This document shows, piece after piece, positions 63,510-64,000 of a DNA stretch of 64,000 nt. The notes below the pieces were generated by a model, which was not told the DNA's origin, searched no databases, and saw only the letters and a program-made list of their open reading frames with translations. Within the stretch, counting starts at the first letter, position 1. The number at the start of each line of letters is the position of its first letter. The stretch comes from Squalus acanthias (taxonomy: Eukaryota), in the NCBI GenBank assembly GCA_030390025.1, contig CM059431.1, forward strand, positions 104,782,001 through 104,846,000, written 5' to 3'. A program made the translations under genes and the position numbers.

Positions 63510-64000
63510 TTCAAGTTCAAAATGCTTGTGAAAGATTTTGATCTGCAAGAGTGTCTTGTCTGCTTGTGCGCCTTCATTGCTGGGATATAGGCTCCAAATT
63601 CCCTGGCTCATACTTATGCAGAGGTTAACTCGAAACTTACGCTGGTTTCTGTGCCAATTTTGCTGATCGGAACTTAAGTTGAGATTTCCTGCGGAGCTCA
63701 TTTGCCTACACCGGAACGTAAAACCCAACGGAAAACAAGCACAGACGTAGCACCGCTAATTGTTGCCCATTTGTGTTGTGACTGTAGACATGAAAGTACT
63801 TTGTAAGCTACTTTTTAGGAGTGAGCCATTGGCGCAGTGGAAGCATTCCTGCCTCTGAGCCTAGATCGGTGCAGAGTTTCAAACCCCACTTGCGACAGTC
63901 CCGGGCGAGTGGGGTCAGAGGCTCCGGCTTTGAATTCTGGGTTAACATCCAGCGGGATGCTTGCGTCCAGTGTGGGTGTGGGTGGCCCTCCCCCCTCCTC

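Overview
Repeat-dense vertebrate genomic DNA, most likely from a cartilaginous fish (inferred from SacSINE1-like Deu-domain SINEs, CR1/L2 LINE 3' ends and shark-type Penelope repeats). I could not confidently identify any host protein-coding exon, so the window looks intronic or intergenic. Main contents: (i) a ~4.0 kb near-complete but decayed PIF/Harbinger transposon (11672-15696) with a spliced Myb/SANT gene convergent with a DDE transposase, plus two Myb-retaining deletion derivatives and about a dozen Harbinger-type MITEs in several families, many with 3-bp TSDs and long internal hairpins that covary between copies; (ii) Penelope-like retroelement remnants whose terminal repeats carry minimal hammerhead ribozyme motifs of two types, including an inverted insertion that captured 47 bp of nearby genomic DNA; (iii) a 1.7 kb solo LTR with a 4-bp TSD; (iv) a Tx1-type LINE 3' end with a 15-bp TSD; (v) many CR1, L2 and SINE copies, often nested; (vi) a ~1.75 kb 29-bp minisatellite; (vii) repeat-free AT-rich blocks rich in homeodomain motifs that may be conserved enhancers. 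Family assignments come from motif recognition without database searches, and boundaries of decayed copies are approximate.
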